DNA of 64,000 nt. Source: Selaginella moellendorffii. Taxonomy: Eukaryota; Plantae; Lycopodiophyta. This document shows positions 49,805 to 60,792 of this stretch, piece by piece; the first letter of the stretch is position 1, and every line of letters begins with the position of its first letter. The position numbers and the translations under genes are program-made. The stretch is from positions 1,416,457-1,480,456 of the forward strand of contig NW_003314279.1 of the NCBI RefSeq assembly GCF_000143415.4, written 5' to 3'. The notes beneath the pieces were generated by a model. The model was not told where the DNA came from. It did not search any database and worked only from the letters and a program-made list of their open reading frames with translations.

Positions 49805-52800
49805 TTACCAGAAGTCTCGGCAAGAGCAAACACCACCCTGGAAAACGTGGAACCGATTCGAGTCGCGCACAACGATCTGGCGCTTGAAGATCTTGGATAT
49901 AAGCTTGGTGGCGGCGTGGCAGTCGGGGCACGCCCGCAAGTTAGTAAGGACTCGCAGCGCTGTTCCTGGAGCGGTGCTCATCATCCCAAACGCGATGGCC
50001 AGCTTCTCGCTGTGCAAGCAAACCAGCTGCTCTTTCACCTCGTCGCTCAGCTCGTAATGCAGCACCTCTCCCGTGTCTGGAGAGTAGCTCCGCTCCACCA
50101 TTGCGGCGTGGATCTTCCGCAGCTCCTCGTAGATCTCCTCGTTCTTGGGGTGCGAGGCATCTCCAACGACGAACTTGTGGACCCTTCCATCGATCTCGAT
50201 CATGCTTACTCCTTGCAGCTTGGCCAGCGATCGTTGCTTCATCATGCTCCCCACTCGAGCAGCGTCGTCGTGCCTCCCGGCCGCGGCATAGACGCTGGCC
50301 AGCGTCACGTACGGGACCGAGCTCTCGGTGGCGAGCTCCAAGAGTTTGTCGGCGATCTCCGCCGCTCGAGCGGCGTCGCGGTAGATCTTGCACGCGCCCA
50401 GCAAGCTCCCCCAGGCGGCCTCGCTGGGAAGAAACGGCATGCTCTCGATCAAGTCGTGGGCTTCCTCCAGCCGGCCCGAGCGGCCGAGGAGATCCACCAT
50501 GCAACAGTAGTGCTCCTGCGAGGCCTTGATCCCAAAGTCGTGGAGCATCGACACGAAGAGCTCGCGGCTCGTCTCCACGAGCCCGAGGTGGCAGCACGCA
50601 GCGAGGAGGCTCATGAAAGTTAGATCGTTGGCTCTCACTCCCTCGGAGCTCATGGCCTGGAACACGGCTAGAGCAGTCACTCCCTGCTCGTTCTGAGCGT
50701 ATGCATGGACGAGCGAGTTCCAGGAGACAACGTTGCGAGTGGCCATTCGATCGAACAAAGCTCTTGCCTCGTCAAGATAGCCGTTTTGAGCGTAGCCCGC
50801 GAGCATCGTGTTGTAGAGAGCGGTGTCTTGCTGGTGGTGCGCCGCCGCCGTGGTAGACTTCTGGAACAGGAGCTTGGCCTCCTGAATATAACCACGCTGG
50901 GCGAAACCGGCAACCATGGTACTGACCATCGCACCGTCGTCCAGCTCGTGCAAGCTCGCAAACATCTTCTTGGCGTCCTGGACATGCCCGTTTTGCGTAT
51001 AGGCCGCGAGCATGGCGGTGCACGAAACAACGTTCTTCTCGGGTATCTCATCAAACACTCGTTTAGCGCTGGAGAGGAGACCATTCTGTCCGTAAGTCGC
51101 CACCATCGCGTTCCACGAGATGATGTCGCGCGCGGGCATTGCCGCGAACACGGCCTCGGCTTCTTCGAGGTGTCCGTTCGCAGCGAACGAGGAGGCCATC
51201 ACATTCCACCCGAACAAGCTCCTCTCGGGCATACTGTCGAAAGTTTGCTTGGCTTTGGCCGCGGCTTCGCACTGCGCGTACGCCGTCACCATTGCCGTCC
51301 ACGAGATCAAGTCGTGGCTCGGCATTTTGCGAAACGTTGCTTCCGACTCGCCGAGATGGCCCGTGGTGGCGAAAGCCGAGAGCATGCTCGTCCAGCTTAC
51401 GACGTTCCTGACTGGCATCTTGTCAAAGAGGAGCTTGGCACCATGAGAATTGCCACTGTGAGCGTAGGCTTTGATCATACTCGTCCAGGCCATTGCGTTC
51501 TTCTCCTGCATTTGATCGAACGCACTCTTGGCTTCCTCCACCAGCCCATTCTCTGCGTAAGCTTGGACGATGGTGCTCCAGGAAAGCACGTCTTTCTCCG
51601 GCATAGCATCAAACAAGGACTTTGCTTGCTCAAGCTGGGAGCTGTGAGCAAGCACCGCCACCATGGCATTGCATGAGACCAAGTCCCACTCCGGCATCCT
51701 GTGGAACAATAGTGTTGCTTTGGCGGAGTTTCCAGCCGAGCCAAGACGCGAGAGCATCGAGTTCCAAGTCACGATGTTCCTCGCAAGCATTGTCTCGAAA
51801 ATCTGCCATGCTTCGTGTGATTGGAAACTTTGTGAGCAGCTTGCAACCATCGCAGTGCAAGCGACCACATTCCACATCGGCATCCTGTAGAAAAACTCTC
51901 GAGTGACGGATGGTTCCTCGTTTGGTGCCCCGACTATGGCAGTCCACGAGAAAGCGTCCCTTCTCGCCATAGAATCAAAAACTTCCTTGGCTTGTTTCGT
52001 ATATCCGGCTTGGGCATACGCTTGAACCATGCTGTTCCACGACACGAGGTTCTTCTCGGGCATTGCTCGAAAAACCTCTGCTGCTTCTCTTATACTTCCG
52101 CTTTGGCTGTAAACTTGCGAGAGGGAGTTCCAAGTTACTACTGACCAGTTTGGCATCCTATCAAACACGGCCTTAGCTTCTACAAGTTGGCGGCTGTGGC
52201 CATAAACGTTGACGAGAGAGCTCCAAGACACAAGATCCCGCTGACGCATAGCTTCAAAGACTTCTTTAGCTCTAGCAACATCAAAAATTTCTCCGAGCGC
52301 TGCAACGATCGAATTCCACGACACAACATCCCACTGAGGCATCTTGTCAAAAACCACCTTAGCTTCTTTGTAATACCCGTTCTGGGCATTCACAGAGATC
52401 ATCGTGTTCCAAGAGATAACATTTCTCTCGAGCATTTTCTCAAACGCCGCCTTGGATTCCTCCATTTTTCCCAAGGTGGCATAGGTTGGCAGCACCGCAT
52501 TGCATGACGCTACGTCCCATGCTGGCCTCCTGTGGAAGATCCTCTTGGCCTCCTCCAGATACCCATTCCGGGCATACGCTGCCGTGAGCAGGCTCCACGA
52601 GAGCGAATTGGAACTCGCGGCTTCCTCAAACACGATTCTCGCCTCTCTGGGGCTGCCACATCGCCCATACATCTGGATGAGCAAATTCGCAAGGAACCTG
52701 TCCGGACCGACGATCCAGGCATGGACCCGCCTGCCCTCTTCCAAATCTCTGGATTCGCCACAAGCGCGAATGACGCTGGCGAGGAATTGGATGGAGCAGC

Positions 52801-52807
52801 GCGCCAT
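49805..52807 (-). CDS. PLS-E-DYW pentatricopeptide repeat protein (organellar C-to-U RNA editing factor)
   Basis: Intronless 1000-aa PPR array, E domain, and DYW deaminase with HSEKLA and CPDCH, ending CSCRDFW. Confidence 0.96.
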   Translation of the reverse strand: MARCSIQFLASVIRACGESRDLEEGRRVHAWIVGPDRFLANLLIQMYGRCGSPREARIVFEEAASSNSLSWSLLTAAYARNGYLEEAKRIFHRRPAWDVASCNAVLPTYATLGKMEESKAAFEKMLERNVISWNTMISVNAQNGYYKEAKVVFDKMPQWDVVSWNSIVAALGEIFDVARAKEVFEAMRQRDLVSWSSLVNVYGHSRQLVEAKAVFDRMPNWSVVTWNSLSQVYSQSGSIREAAEVFRAMPEKNLVSWNSMVQAYAQAGYTKQAKEVFDSMARRDAFSWTAIVGAPNEEPSVTREFFYRMPMWNVVACTAMVASCSQSFQSHEAWQIFETMLARNIVTWNSMLSRLGSAGNSAKATLLFHRMPEWDLVSCNAMVAVLAHSSQLEQAKSLFDAMPEKDVLSWSTIVQAYAENGLVEEAKSAFDQMQEKNAMAWTSMIKAYAHSGNSHGAKLLFDKMPVRNVVSWTSMLSAFATTGHLGESEATFRKMPSHDLISWTAMVTAYAQCEAAAKAKQTFDSMPERSLFGWNVMASSFAANGHLEEAEAVFAAMPARDIISWNAMVATYGQNGLLSSAKRVFDEIPEKNVVSCTAMLAAYTQNGHVQDAKKMFASLHELDDGAMVSTMVAGFAQRGYIQEAKLLFQKSTTAAAHHQQDTALYNTMLAGYAQNGYLDEARALFDRMATRNVVSWNSLVHAYAQNEQGVTALAVFQAMSSEGVRANDLTFMSLLAACCHLGLVETSRELFVSMLHDFGIKASQEHYCCMVDLLGRSGRLEEAHDLIESMPFLPSEAAWGSLLGACKIYRDAARAAEIADKLLELATESSVPYVTLASVYAAAGRHDDAARVGSMMKQRSLAKLQGVSMIEIDGRVHKFVVGDASHPKNEEIYEELRKIHAAMVERSYSPDTGEVLHYELSDEVKEQLVCLHSEKLAIAFGMMSTAPGTALRVLTNLRACPDCHAATKLISKIFKRQIVVRDSNRFHVFQGGVCSCRDFW

Positions 52808-53012
52808 TCCATTCCTATCGCCATCGAAGGCCAGCCAGAGGACGAAGAAGCACGAATATGCTCTTTTGGTGCCTTAAAGCACTCGGGAAGATTAGGGTTC
52901 TTGGGTTAGAGGGCGCTTGGCTGGAGGAGAGAGGTATGGCGCGGGCGCTGCGCCGGCGCCGTGGATTGATGGGTTTGTTTCTCTCTTGTCCAGGCTGCGC
53001 GTAGAATCGAAG

Positions 53013-53885
53013 ATGAAAGAAGAGTTTCGGTGCTTCATCGGCGGCCTGTCGTGGAGCACGACCGATCGCAGCTTGGAGACGGCGTTCCGGCCCTATGGAT
53101 CCATCATCGAAGCCAAGGTTACATTGAGTCTGATGGATGAGATGATTTCCTCTCTTTGGGTCGGTCTAGGCACCGGCTTCCTTGCTTGCCTTCTTTTGTG
53201 CAGAGTTTCTCAAGGTAAAGCTCTACGAGGTCGTTTAAGTTCGAGCTGGATCTTTCGCTTTGCTTGGATCCTCGTGGATCTCTCCTCTTCTACGCTGGTA
53301 CTGATCGCTCGCTCTTCCCTGTAGGTGGTGTTTGATCGCGAAACCAACCGGTCCCGGGGCTTCGGCTTCGTGACTTTCGAAGACGAAGAGTCGATGGAGA
53401 ATGCCATCCGGAAGATGCACAACCAGGAGCTGGAAGGCCGCTCCATCACCGTGAGCAAGGCCGAGCCGCCAAGGAGTGGTGGTGGCGGCGGCGGCGGAGG
53501 AGGAGGAGGCCGAGACCGCGGCGATCGCTACGACCGAGACCGAGAAAGAGGCGGCGGTGGTGGCGGTGGAGGAGCTAGCGGGAACTGCTTCAAGTGTGGA
53601 AACAAAGGCCACTGGGCTCGAGACTGTCCAGAGAACGGTGGCGGCGGCGGCGGCGGCGGCGGCGGTAGAGACAGGTATGGAAGTGATAGATATGGTAGCG
53701 ACCGCGGAGACAGGTATGGCGATGGTAGCCGAGGCAGCGGCGGCCGCTACACTGGTGGCGGTGGTGGTGGCGGCGACCGAGGTGGCGACCGCTATGGTTC
53801 CCGGGACAGTGGCCGGAGGTCCGGACCGTATGATCGCCCCTCGAACAGGTCCTCGAATGGAGGCAGCCGAGACGATCGCTACTGA
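53013..53885 (+). CDS. Glycine-rich RNA-binding protein, RZ-1 type (RRM, CCHC zinc knuckle, RD/G-rich tail). Exons 53013-53117, 53325-53885
   Basis: RNP2 CFIGGL, RNP1 RGFGFVTF and [15 protein letters not shown] probable 5'UTR intron lies at 52934-52993. Confidence 0.93.
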
Positions 53886-53994
53886 CACCATGGAAAGAAG
53901 AGAGAACTCACGATGATCTTGTTCGTCTTTGTTAAATACTTCACTTTCTTGGAAGATATTTTCCTCTCTCTGTGGATCTCTCTGTCGGAGATCT

Positions 53995-54425
53995 CTACTT
54001 GGTGGATTTTCGCTCGAATCCTTCGTGGACGGGCTCGTTCCAGGCGGAGGCCTCGACGCCGGTGACCCGAGCTGCCGCGGGGCCGCTGTGACACTTTTGG
54101 ATCATGGCGTCCACCGCGGTGGTCTTGCCCGAGAAGACGGCCTCCACGGAGCCATCCTTTCGGTTCCTCACCCAGCCATTGATCCCGAGTTGCTTGGCGG
54201 TGTCCATGGTCCAGTTCCGGTAGAAGACGCCCTGGACCATGCCTTTGATCTTCACATTCACCTGGAAGAAGACATGGGCAATTGGAATGGATGGATTCGA
54301 GTTGGAGGCTCCACTCCACTCACCGTTTTGTGATCTGGGCTAGGACTGGGGCTGGCATTTGCGCTCATCCTCCGGCAGCGAGTGGTCAGGGAGGAACCTA
54401 TAGCGACCGAGGACGAGGACTTCAT
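53995..54425 (-). CDS. Acylphosphatase. Exons 54425-54324, 54261-53995
   Basis: VKIKGMVQGVFYR..GWVRNRKDGSVEAVF..GPAAARV signature. Exon 1 (MKSSSSVAIGSSLTTRCRRMSANASPSPSPDHKT) joins in phase 0. Confidence 0.92.
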
Positions 54426-54511
54426 TTGCTTCCTTTGCCTTTTCGCCTAACGACGGTGGTATATTCCACCCCCGGCTTTCGCATATTCTTGTCATTTGGC
54501 TAATTGGGTGT

Positions 54512-56275
54512 TTAGGTATTTGCTAAGAGGACATATGCCGCAGCCCGGACTGGATCCGACTTGAGCACCTGCCTCGTCGCTCGAGCGCCTCGATTGGGAT
54601 CGCGGTAGCTCCGGCACGAACCGAGCAGCGATGTCCACTCGAGGAAATCGGGCTCGAAGGGCATTGTGGCGATGAGTTCCTGGGCGTCTTCCAGATACCC
54701 CCCGCGGCCGAGGACGTCAATCATGCAGCCGAAGTGCTGCTTGTTTGGTTGCAAGCCGAAGTCCGAGGCCATGGAGAGGAAGTGTGATACGCTGGTGAAG
54801 ACTTTGCCGCCATGGCTGCATGCGAGAAGGACGAGCAGGAACGAGGCTTCGTCGGCAAGGTCGAGGGTCTTCATTGTTTTGAAGAGGTCGTAGAGAGGGC
54901 CTGTGTCCCCGCTTCGGGCATACGCAGCCAGCATTACGTTCCACGAGATGGTGTCGGTAGAGGGCATCAAGCGGAAGGTCTTCTGGGTTTGCGAGAGATG
55001 CCCGTTTTGGGCGTAGCCGGAGAGGAGTGTGTTCCACGACGCGGTGTCACGCTCAGGCATGGAGTAGAAGACGACCTCGGCCTCCGAAGGTTGGCCGTTT
55101 TGGGAGTGAGCCGAAACCATGGCGGCCCAAGATACCGCGTCCAGCTCGGGCATCCTCTCGAACACTTGCCTGGCTTCCTGGAGATGCCCGTGTTGGGCAT
55201 ACGCTGTAAGCATAGCAGTGGTAGAGAAAAGGTTTTGTTCCGGCATTGAATCAAACAATGCTTGAGCTTGCTCAACGTCCCCGTTTTGGGAGAACGCTGT
55301 AAGCATTGCAGTGGCCGAGAATAAGCAGTGGCATGGCATGTTATCAGAGAGATTCTTAGCATCTTTGAGATAACCATTGTGGGTGTATGCAGCTAGCATG
55401 GCGTTGAGAAGTACGTCATCTAAAACTGGGGCGCAATCAAACAAGAGCTTAGAGCTGTGTAGATGCCCTCTTTGGGCATATGCGGTTATGATAATTGTCC
55501 AGGAGACCAGATTCCTTTCTGGCATCTCGTCGAAGATGGCTTTGGTTTCTTGAAGATCGCCATATTGCGCGGAAGCGTCGAGGATTGTGTTCCAGGCGAC
55601 GAGATCGAATTCGGGCATGCGGTGAAGCAGAAGCTTAGCATTTAAAATATGCCCATTCATGGCATATGCGGTAAGCATTGCGGTCCAGGAGATCATGTTT
55701 CGCTGTGGCATTTCGTCAAAGAAGCGCTTGGCGTCCTCGATGCTGCCGCTCTGCGCTGCGGCAGCGAGCAATCCAGTCCACGACACGAGACTGTGTTCGG
55801 GCATGGCGGAAATTAAAGCGCGCGCTCCTTGCAAATCTCCCATACCGGCAAATGCTGACAAGGTCGCGTTCCAGGACACAAGATCTCGCTGTGGCATCTG
55901 GTGGAAAAGTTCTTGGGCTTCGCTGCCGCAGCCGTGCTGTGAGAATGCAGTGAGCATCGCGTTCCAGGAGACCAAGTTCTTGTCCGGCATCAGATCGAAG
56001 GTCTCTCGCGCCTCACGGAGATGCCCGCCGCGGGCATACGCGCAGAGCGCCAGGACCCAGGAGTAGCAATCTGTGAGCGGCATCGCGTGGAAGACGTTGC
56101 GCGCTTGGGCGGGGCTGTCGCAGCGGCCATACATCTCGATGAGCTTGTTGGACAGGAAGATGTCGCGCGTGGGGGATTGGGGCGGTAGGCGCGCGGCGCG
56201 GGAGTGGAGCTTCTCCGCGGCGGGAAGGGATTTGCAGGCCTGGATGAGGCGCAGGCATTCGTTGCGCTCTTCCAT
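54512..56275 (-). CDS. PLS-class PPR protein with E1 extension
   Basis: Intronless PPR repeats ending HFGCMIDVLGRGG...MPFEPDFLEWTSLLGSC...AAAYVLLANT. Confidence 0.93.
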   Translation of the reverse strand: MEERNECLRLIQACKSLPAAEKLHSRAARLPPQSPTRDIFLSNKLIEMYGRCDSPAQARNVFHAMPLTDCYSWVLALCAYARGGHLREARETFDLMPDKNLVSWNAMLTAFSQHGCGSEAQELFHQMPQRDLVSWNATLSAFAGMGDLQGARALISAMPEHSLVSWTGLLAAAAQSGSIEDAKRFFDEMPQRNMISWTAMLTAYAMNGHILNAKLLLHRMPEFDLVAWNTILDASAQYGDLQETKAIFDEMPERNLVSWTIIITAYAQRGHLHSSKLLFDCAPVLDDVLLNAMLAAYTHNGYLKDAKNLSDNMPCHCLFSATAMLTAFSQNGDVEQAQALFDSMPEQNLFSTTAMLTAYAQHGHLQEARQVFERMPELDAVSWAAMVSAHSQNGQPSEAEVVFYSMPERDTASWNTLLSGYAQNGHLSQTQKTFRLMPSTDTISWNVMLAAYARSGDTGPLYDLFKTMKTLDLADEASFLLVLLACSHGGKVFTSVSHFLSMASDFGLQPNKQHFGCMIDVLGRGGYLEDAQELIATMPFEPDFLEWTSLLGSCRSYRDPNRGARATRQVLKSDPVRAAAYVLLANT

Positions 56276-56341
56276 TCACCCATCTTCTTCTTCGTCTACA
56301 ATGGTTAGGTCTCTCATATTCTCTTTCATTTTCTTCACTCA

Positions 56342-57723
56342 ATGATGCATTGCCACCTCTCGCTAGCGCCGCCTTGGCAGGATTGGAATGGCCGCGCGCT
56401 TGGGCGATCCGGCGCTGCTGGATTCCAATTGTTTGGGGTGGAGAGGAGGAAGAAGAATCGATTTGCAGGGAGGATCCAGGCGGTCGTGAAGCGCAGTCCA
56501 AAGCGGCTCAAGTATGACACGCCTGGACCTGGCGCTGGCAAGGTTTGTTTGCTCCATTTTGCCGTGGCAAATCCCATCCCATTCTTTCTCTTCTCCAGTC
56601 CAAAGAGATTTTCCACCTGGAGATAGATCAGTTTGGATCCAATCTCTGGAAGCTCGACCAGGTCGTCTCGCTGCTACAAGATGGTGGCGTTGGAGTCGTT
56701 CCTACAGACACCATGTACGTATCTCTATCTTTCTTCCATGAACTCTAAGAACTTGTCTCTCGATTTTCCAGATACGCGATCGTTTGTGACTTGCACAACC
56801 GGGCTGCTATCGAACGCCTCTACAGGTTTGTGAGGTCTCGTTCTTGCAAGGGATTAGTTCTCACTGGAAGCTTGCAGGATCAAGGACATGGATGCAAAGA
56901 AGGTAAGATAGCTTTAACTTTCTCGTGTAAAAGAAGAAGATGAAAGGAGTTTTTCTTCTTGATCTTGCGCAGCCATTGAGCATTCTCTGCCGATCGTTCC
57001 AAGACATCGACAAGTATACCACGGGCTTCCCTACAAGTTTCTTCCGCGTTGCTCGCCAGTGTCTCCCTGGCCCGGTACGTAAAACTTTCATGCTTTTCCA
57101 TGGTTTCCTCTTTCCAACGTTGAGGGTGTTCGTCACAGTACACTTTCATCCTCCCCGCCAGCAAAGACATGCCAAAACAGTGCACAAGATTCGGTGGAAG
57201 CGTCGCAGCGAGCTACGCCCCTCGAAAGAGCGTCGGTGTTCGCATCCCAGACGATTCGGTGTGGAGAGAAATGGCTGGCCAGCTTGAGCACCCTCTACTT
57301 TGCACAAGGTGCTCCATTTCATCTCCTCGAAGTTTATAGCTTGCTTGTGAGTTTACAGCGTTAGGAGACCCGCCGACGATGAATGGATGCTGGATCCAGC
57401 GATCATCGCTGACACTTACGGAGTTTCTTCCGGAAGAGAGGTTTGTTTGATTTTCATTTGCTTCTCGTGCAGCTCTCGATGGATCCATGCAGAGTGTCGA
57501 CTTCATTGTGGACGGTGGAACTCGAGTCGCGAATCCCTCCACCGTGGTGGACATGACAGGAACCATGCCTGTAGTTCTTCGAAGAGGAAAGGTTTGCGAA
57601 GTTCTCTTTTTTGAAGTTCATATGAGTGTCGCTAAAACTTTCTTCTTTGATATATTATAGGGAGTCCTGGAAGACTGGATGGTCGGAGATACAGACAGCG
57701 AGATTGTGAATCCATACTCGTAG
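56342..57723 (+). CDS. YrdC/Sua5 (RibB-like fold) domain protein, probably plastid-targeted, multi-exon
   Basis: Transit-like N-terminus, AVVKRSPKRLKY, GGVGVVPTDT.Y, KPLSILCRSF.DID.YT, LPGP.YTFIL, VGVRIPDD, DFIVDGG.R...PSTVVDMT. Confidence 0.88.
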
Positions 57724-57798
57724 CATATAACTTTCTGATGATCCTCACGGCTGTGAGGTGTCAAACGAATAATTGGAGCCTCCGGAGACAAGGAATCG

Positions 57799-59756
57799 TT
57801 AGAGCTGCGAGCCGCTAGACACCGCTGGTTGCTTGGAACTAGACGCAGGAACTGGTTGTGGAAGAGTTTGGCCATCCATCGGACTGGCTGTTGCTACTGG
57901 TGACATTCCTCGAGCTCGCGACGCCGCCAGCATCTCCGTTCTCGCCATCTCCGCGGAGAAGAGCGAGGCTGGGAGAGCTCAAACAGATAAGACGAGCAAT
58001 AACTGAAAAGCTTCGTACCTCGCTTCCTTCCAACCGCGATGATCTTCTTCAGGCAATCACGGAAGTCCATGAGAATCAGTCGCTCCTGCTCGGCACACAA
58101 GCGCATGCTGCTCTGTTCTGGGCTTTGCTCCTTGCACGACGAGCCAAGGTCCTGCTCGTCGCACATAAGAGCTTGCGTTCCCGGCGAGAGCTCGCGCTGG
58201 TTCCTAGCCATTGCGGAGGTTGCTTCGGAGTCTCTCGCGGACTCCTCTTGGTCTTTCTCTTCCACATCTCGTTGTCGAGCCTGCTCTCCTTGTTGCGACT
58301 TCGTGGATTCTATCACCGGAAATATAAATAACGTTTATACGAGAGTGTGAAAGTGAAAGCAATGCTCACCAAGAAACGTTTTGGCTGTCTCGGCAGAGAC
58401 AATCACGAGCAACTTGCAAAGCTCCTCCACCACCTCAGGTTGCACAACTCCCGTTAAGAGTGATCTGGAATGTAAAGTATGTAAGAGAGAAGATCACGTA
58501 GCTTCTAAGATAATAGGAACTCACCCGCGAATCGACCTTACTGCAGGAGAAGTTTGCAGTCCTGGGCCTCCCAAGGTGGTGCTGAGCAGGCTGTTAGCTG
58601 CTCTTAAAGCGTTCACTTGCGCCTGAAAGACCAGAGCTCTTCAACCAGCACTTCTCTCTTAGAAAAAAACAAACAGAGAAACACACGACACAGCGTACCT
58701 GCGTCGCTCGAGACGGCTGTTCTTTCAGCGAGTGGCCTATAAATACAAGATCTTGTGTTCTTCTTTTCTTGGCAGCTGTTGGAGACGACGGCGGGCAGCT
58801 CAACAATCCAGTTGACGCAGAGGCAGCGCTGCCGCTGCTCGCTGGCGGGGAGAGAAGATCATGAGGCAGTATTCTCCGCTCATCACTGCCATCGAAGTTC
58901 CTACAATCCACACATCTGCAGTTCTCCGAGCAGAGTATGTTGGCCTGAAAGCACTCGCAGTACTTCTTTAAACAGCCGGATTTCTTGCACTGGCAACCTT
59001 TGTTGTGCCTGGCTACGGTCGCTTGAGGCTCTCGTACAAGTTCCTGGATCAAAGAGAAAACACAGATTAAAAAGTCCGAGACTGAAACGCTTTCTTACCT
59101 GGACTCCAGGACTGCTGCCAATCTTCGGTCGAAAAGCATTGGGATTCCGCTCTAGAGCTAGCTCCACAGCTTCCTGCCTTACTTTCTCATTCTCGGAATT
59201 GTTCCAGCAATTCAAGCAGTTGCATCCATCGCAATAAACACCAGAAGCAAAGCATTCACAGTACCTGTTTGATCTCAAAAGCTTCTCTTAGTAAGAAAAA
59301 ACATGCAAAGCTAGCTTACTTACAGCTTTAAACAGCGAGAGTTCTTGCAATTGCACTGCTTGGATTTCTTTGCAAAAGTTTCTCCTTTTTGTGGCTTTCT
59401 GTACGAAGAAATTGAGAACCAAAGGAAGGAAAGGAGAAGATCTTACATGGAAGCCGTAAAATCGAGCTGCCTGACGAGTTTTCTCCCGCTTAGCTGCGCC
59501 TGCGAAGGTCCGGAAGCTTCAATTCTGGAAAAAACCAAAAGGAAGTTACAGGAACCACAAACGAAGAAAAGAACAAGAAAAAAAATCGCCGGTTACTTTT
59601 GAAACAATGGCTGTTCTTGAGTCGTTTGCCAGATCGATTGACCCAATCCTGTAAACAGCGCTCCAAGGAGTGATTTGCTAGAAAGAGGCAGAGCTTACCT
59701 TGCTGGGGGTTGTGCTCCTCAGGCTTGTCGCCCGGAGGCTGCTGGAAGGCATCCAT
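57799..59756 (-). CDS. Tesmin/TSO1-like CXC (TCX/CPP, LIN54-like) transcription factor, multi-exon
   Basis: Two CXC domains ([11 protein letters not shown]|[16 protein letters not shown]; [21 protein letters not shown]), hinge [10 protein letters not shown] and C-terminal [14 protein letters not shown] / EQERLIL. The last exon boundary is less certain. Confidence 0.9.
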
Positions 59757-60174
59757 AGCGTTTGCTCCAGAAACCTAGGTCAGACACACACAAGGCAAGG
59801 GGAAATTTGGCATGGAAGGAGGAATGCGAGGGGCCGATTCGCACGATTACCTCAAGATCAGTGCCTCTCACGCCGGGAGCTCCCCTCCATGCCAAAGATC
59901 CAGATTGGGGCAAACAACAAGGGCGCCAAAACGCTAGAACAAGGGCGGGAAGATTAAGCCGCAAAACAAACCAGGGGCGAATATTCGCCCACTAACACAC
60001 GTCCATGTCTGTGCGCATTTGCCCGGACTGGGCATTTTGGGAATCTTAAGAAATCTTCGCAATGAATGAGCGATGGTTTCTCCAATTAAGCGACCAACTT
60101 GCTGTGATCAATCCAATTAACAATGTTGTGAGGCATCCCGGCTAAAGCAAAGATCTTCCATACAATCAACGCGA

Positions 60175-60345
60175 GTGGAATGGAAGAATTTTATTCTTTG
60201 CTTCGATCGTCTAATGGAAGAACTTTTCTTTCTTTGCTTCGATCGTCTAGAGTGGAATGGAAGAACTCTTCTTTTTTACTTCGATCATCTTGAAGAACTT
60301 TTCCTACTTTGCTTCGATCGTCTAGAAGAAATCTTATTTCCGCTT
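60175..60345. repeat. ~35-40-bp tandem repeat (4-5 copies) between the divergent TCX and LRR genes
   Basis: Units of ggaagaactt...tttgcttcgatcgtcta. Confidence 0.8.
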
Positions 60346-60792
60346 GCTCGATTCGTTTCGATCTTCGGGTTTTGGAAAATCTCGGAACTTTTGGTACGTA
60401 TCTCTCAGATGAGATCCACTCGAGCAGGGATTATTTTAATTGTCCACAGTGACCGAGAGTGGAAGTGGCAGCAGCTATACGCCTAGAGATTGGCATCTCT
60501 CCCTCCATCCGTATAGACGATGATGATAGCTTGCCAGCCAAGAACCTGCGCTGCTGCCATTTATCCTGGAACGAAAGCAAAAGCGAAAGCTTAGTTTTTC
60601 CAGATAAGCAAAGCAAAGCATCGCACAGAAGCGCGCAGGGGATAGTGTAGCACTGAAGATGAAGGCGATGGCGAGAGAAAGGAGAGAGAGACGAAGAGAG
60701 CGATAGCTAAGAAGCCAGGGAAAGGGAGAATATATAAGAGAGTGTGACTTACATCGCTCGTAGAGGTAAGGCTGGTTCCTCCCTCCATCGCC

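Noticed and set aside
49739-51676. Long plus-strand ORFs (294 and 323 aa) opposite the DYW PPR; similar antisense ORFs over PGK, SMG7-like, HECT and LRR genes
   Set aside because: Shadow ORFs of GC-rich coding sequence with no motifs.
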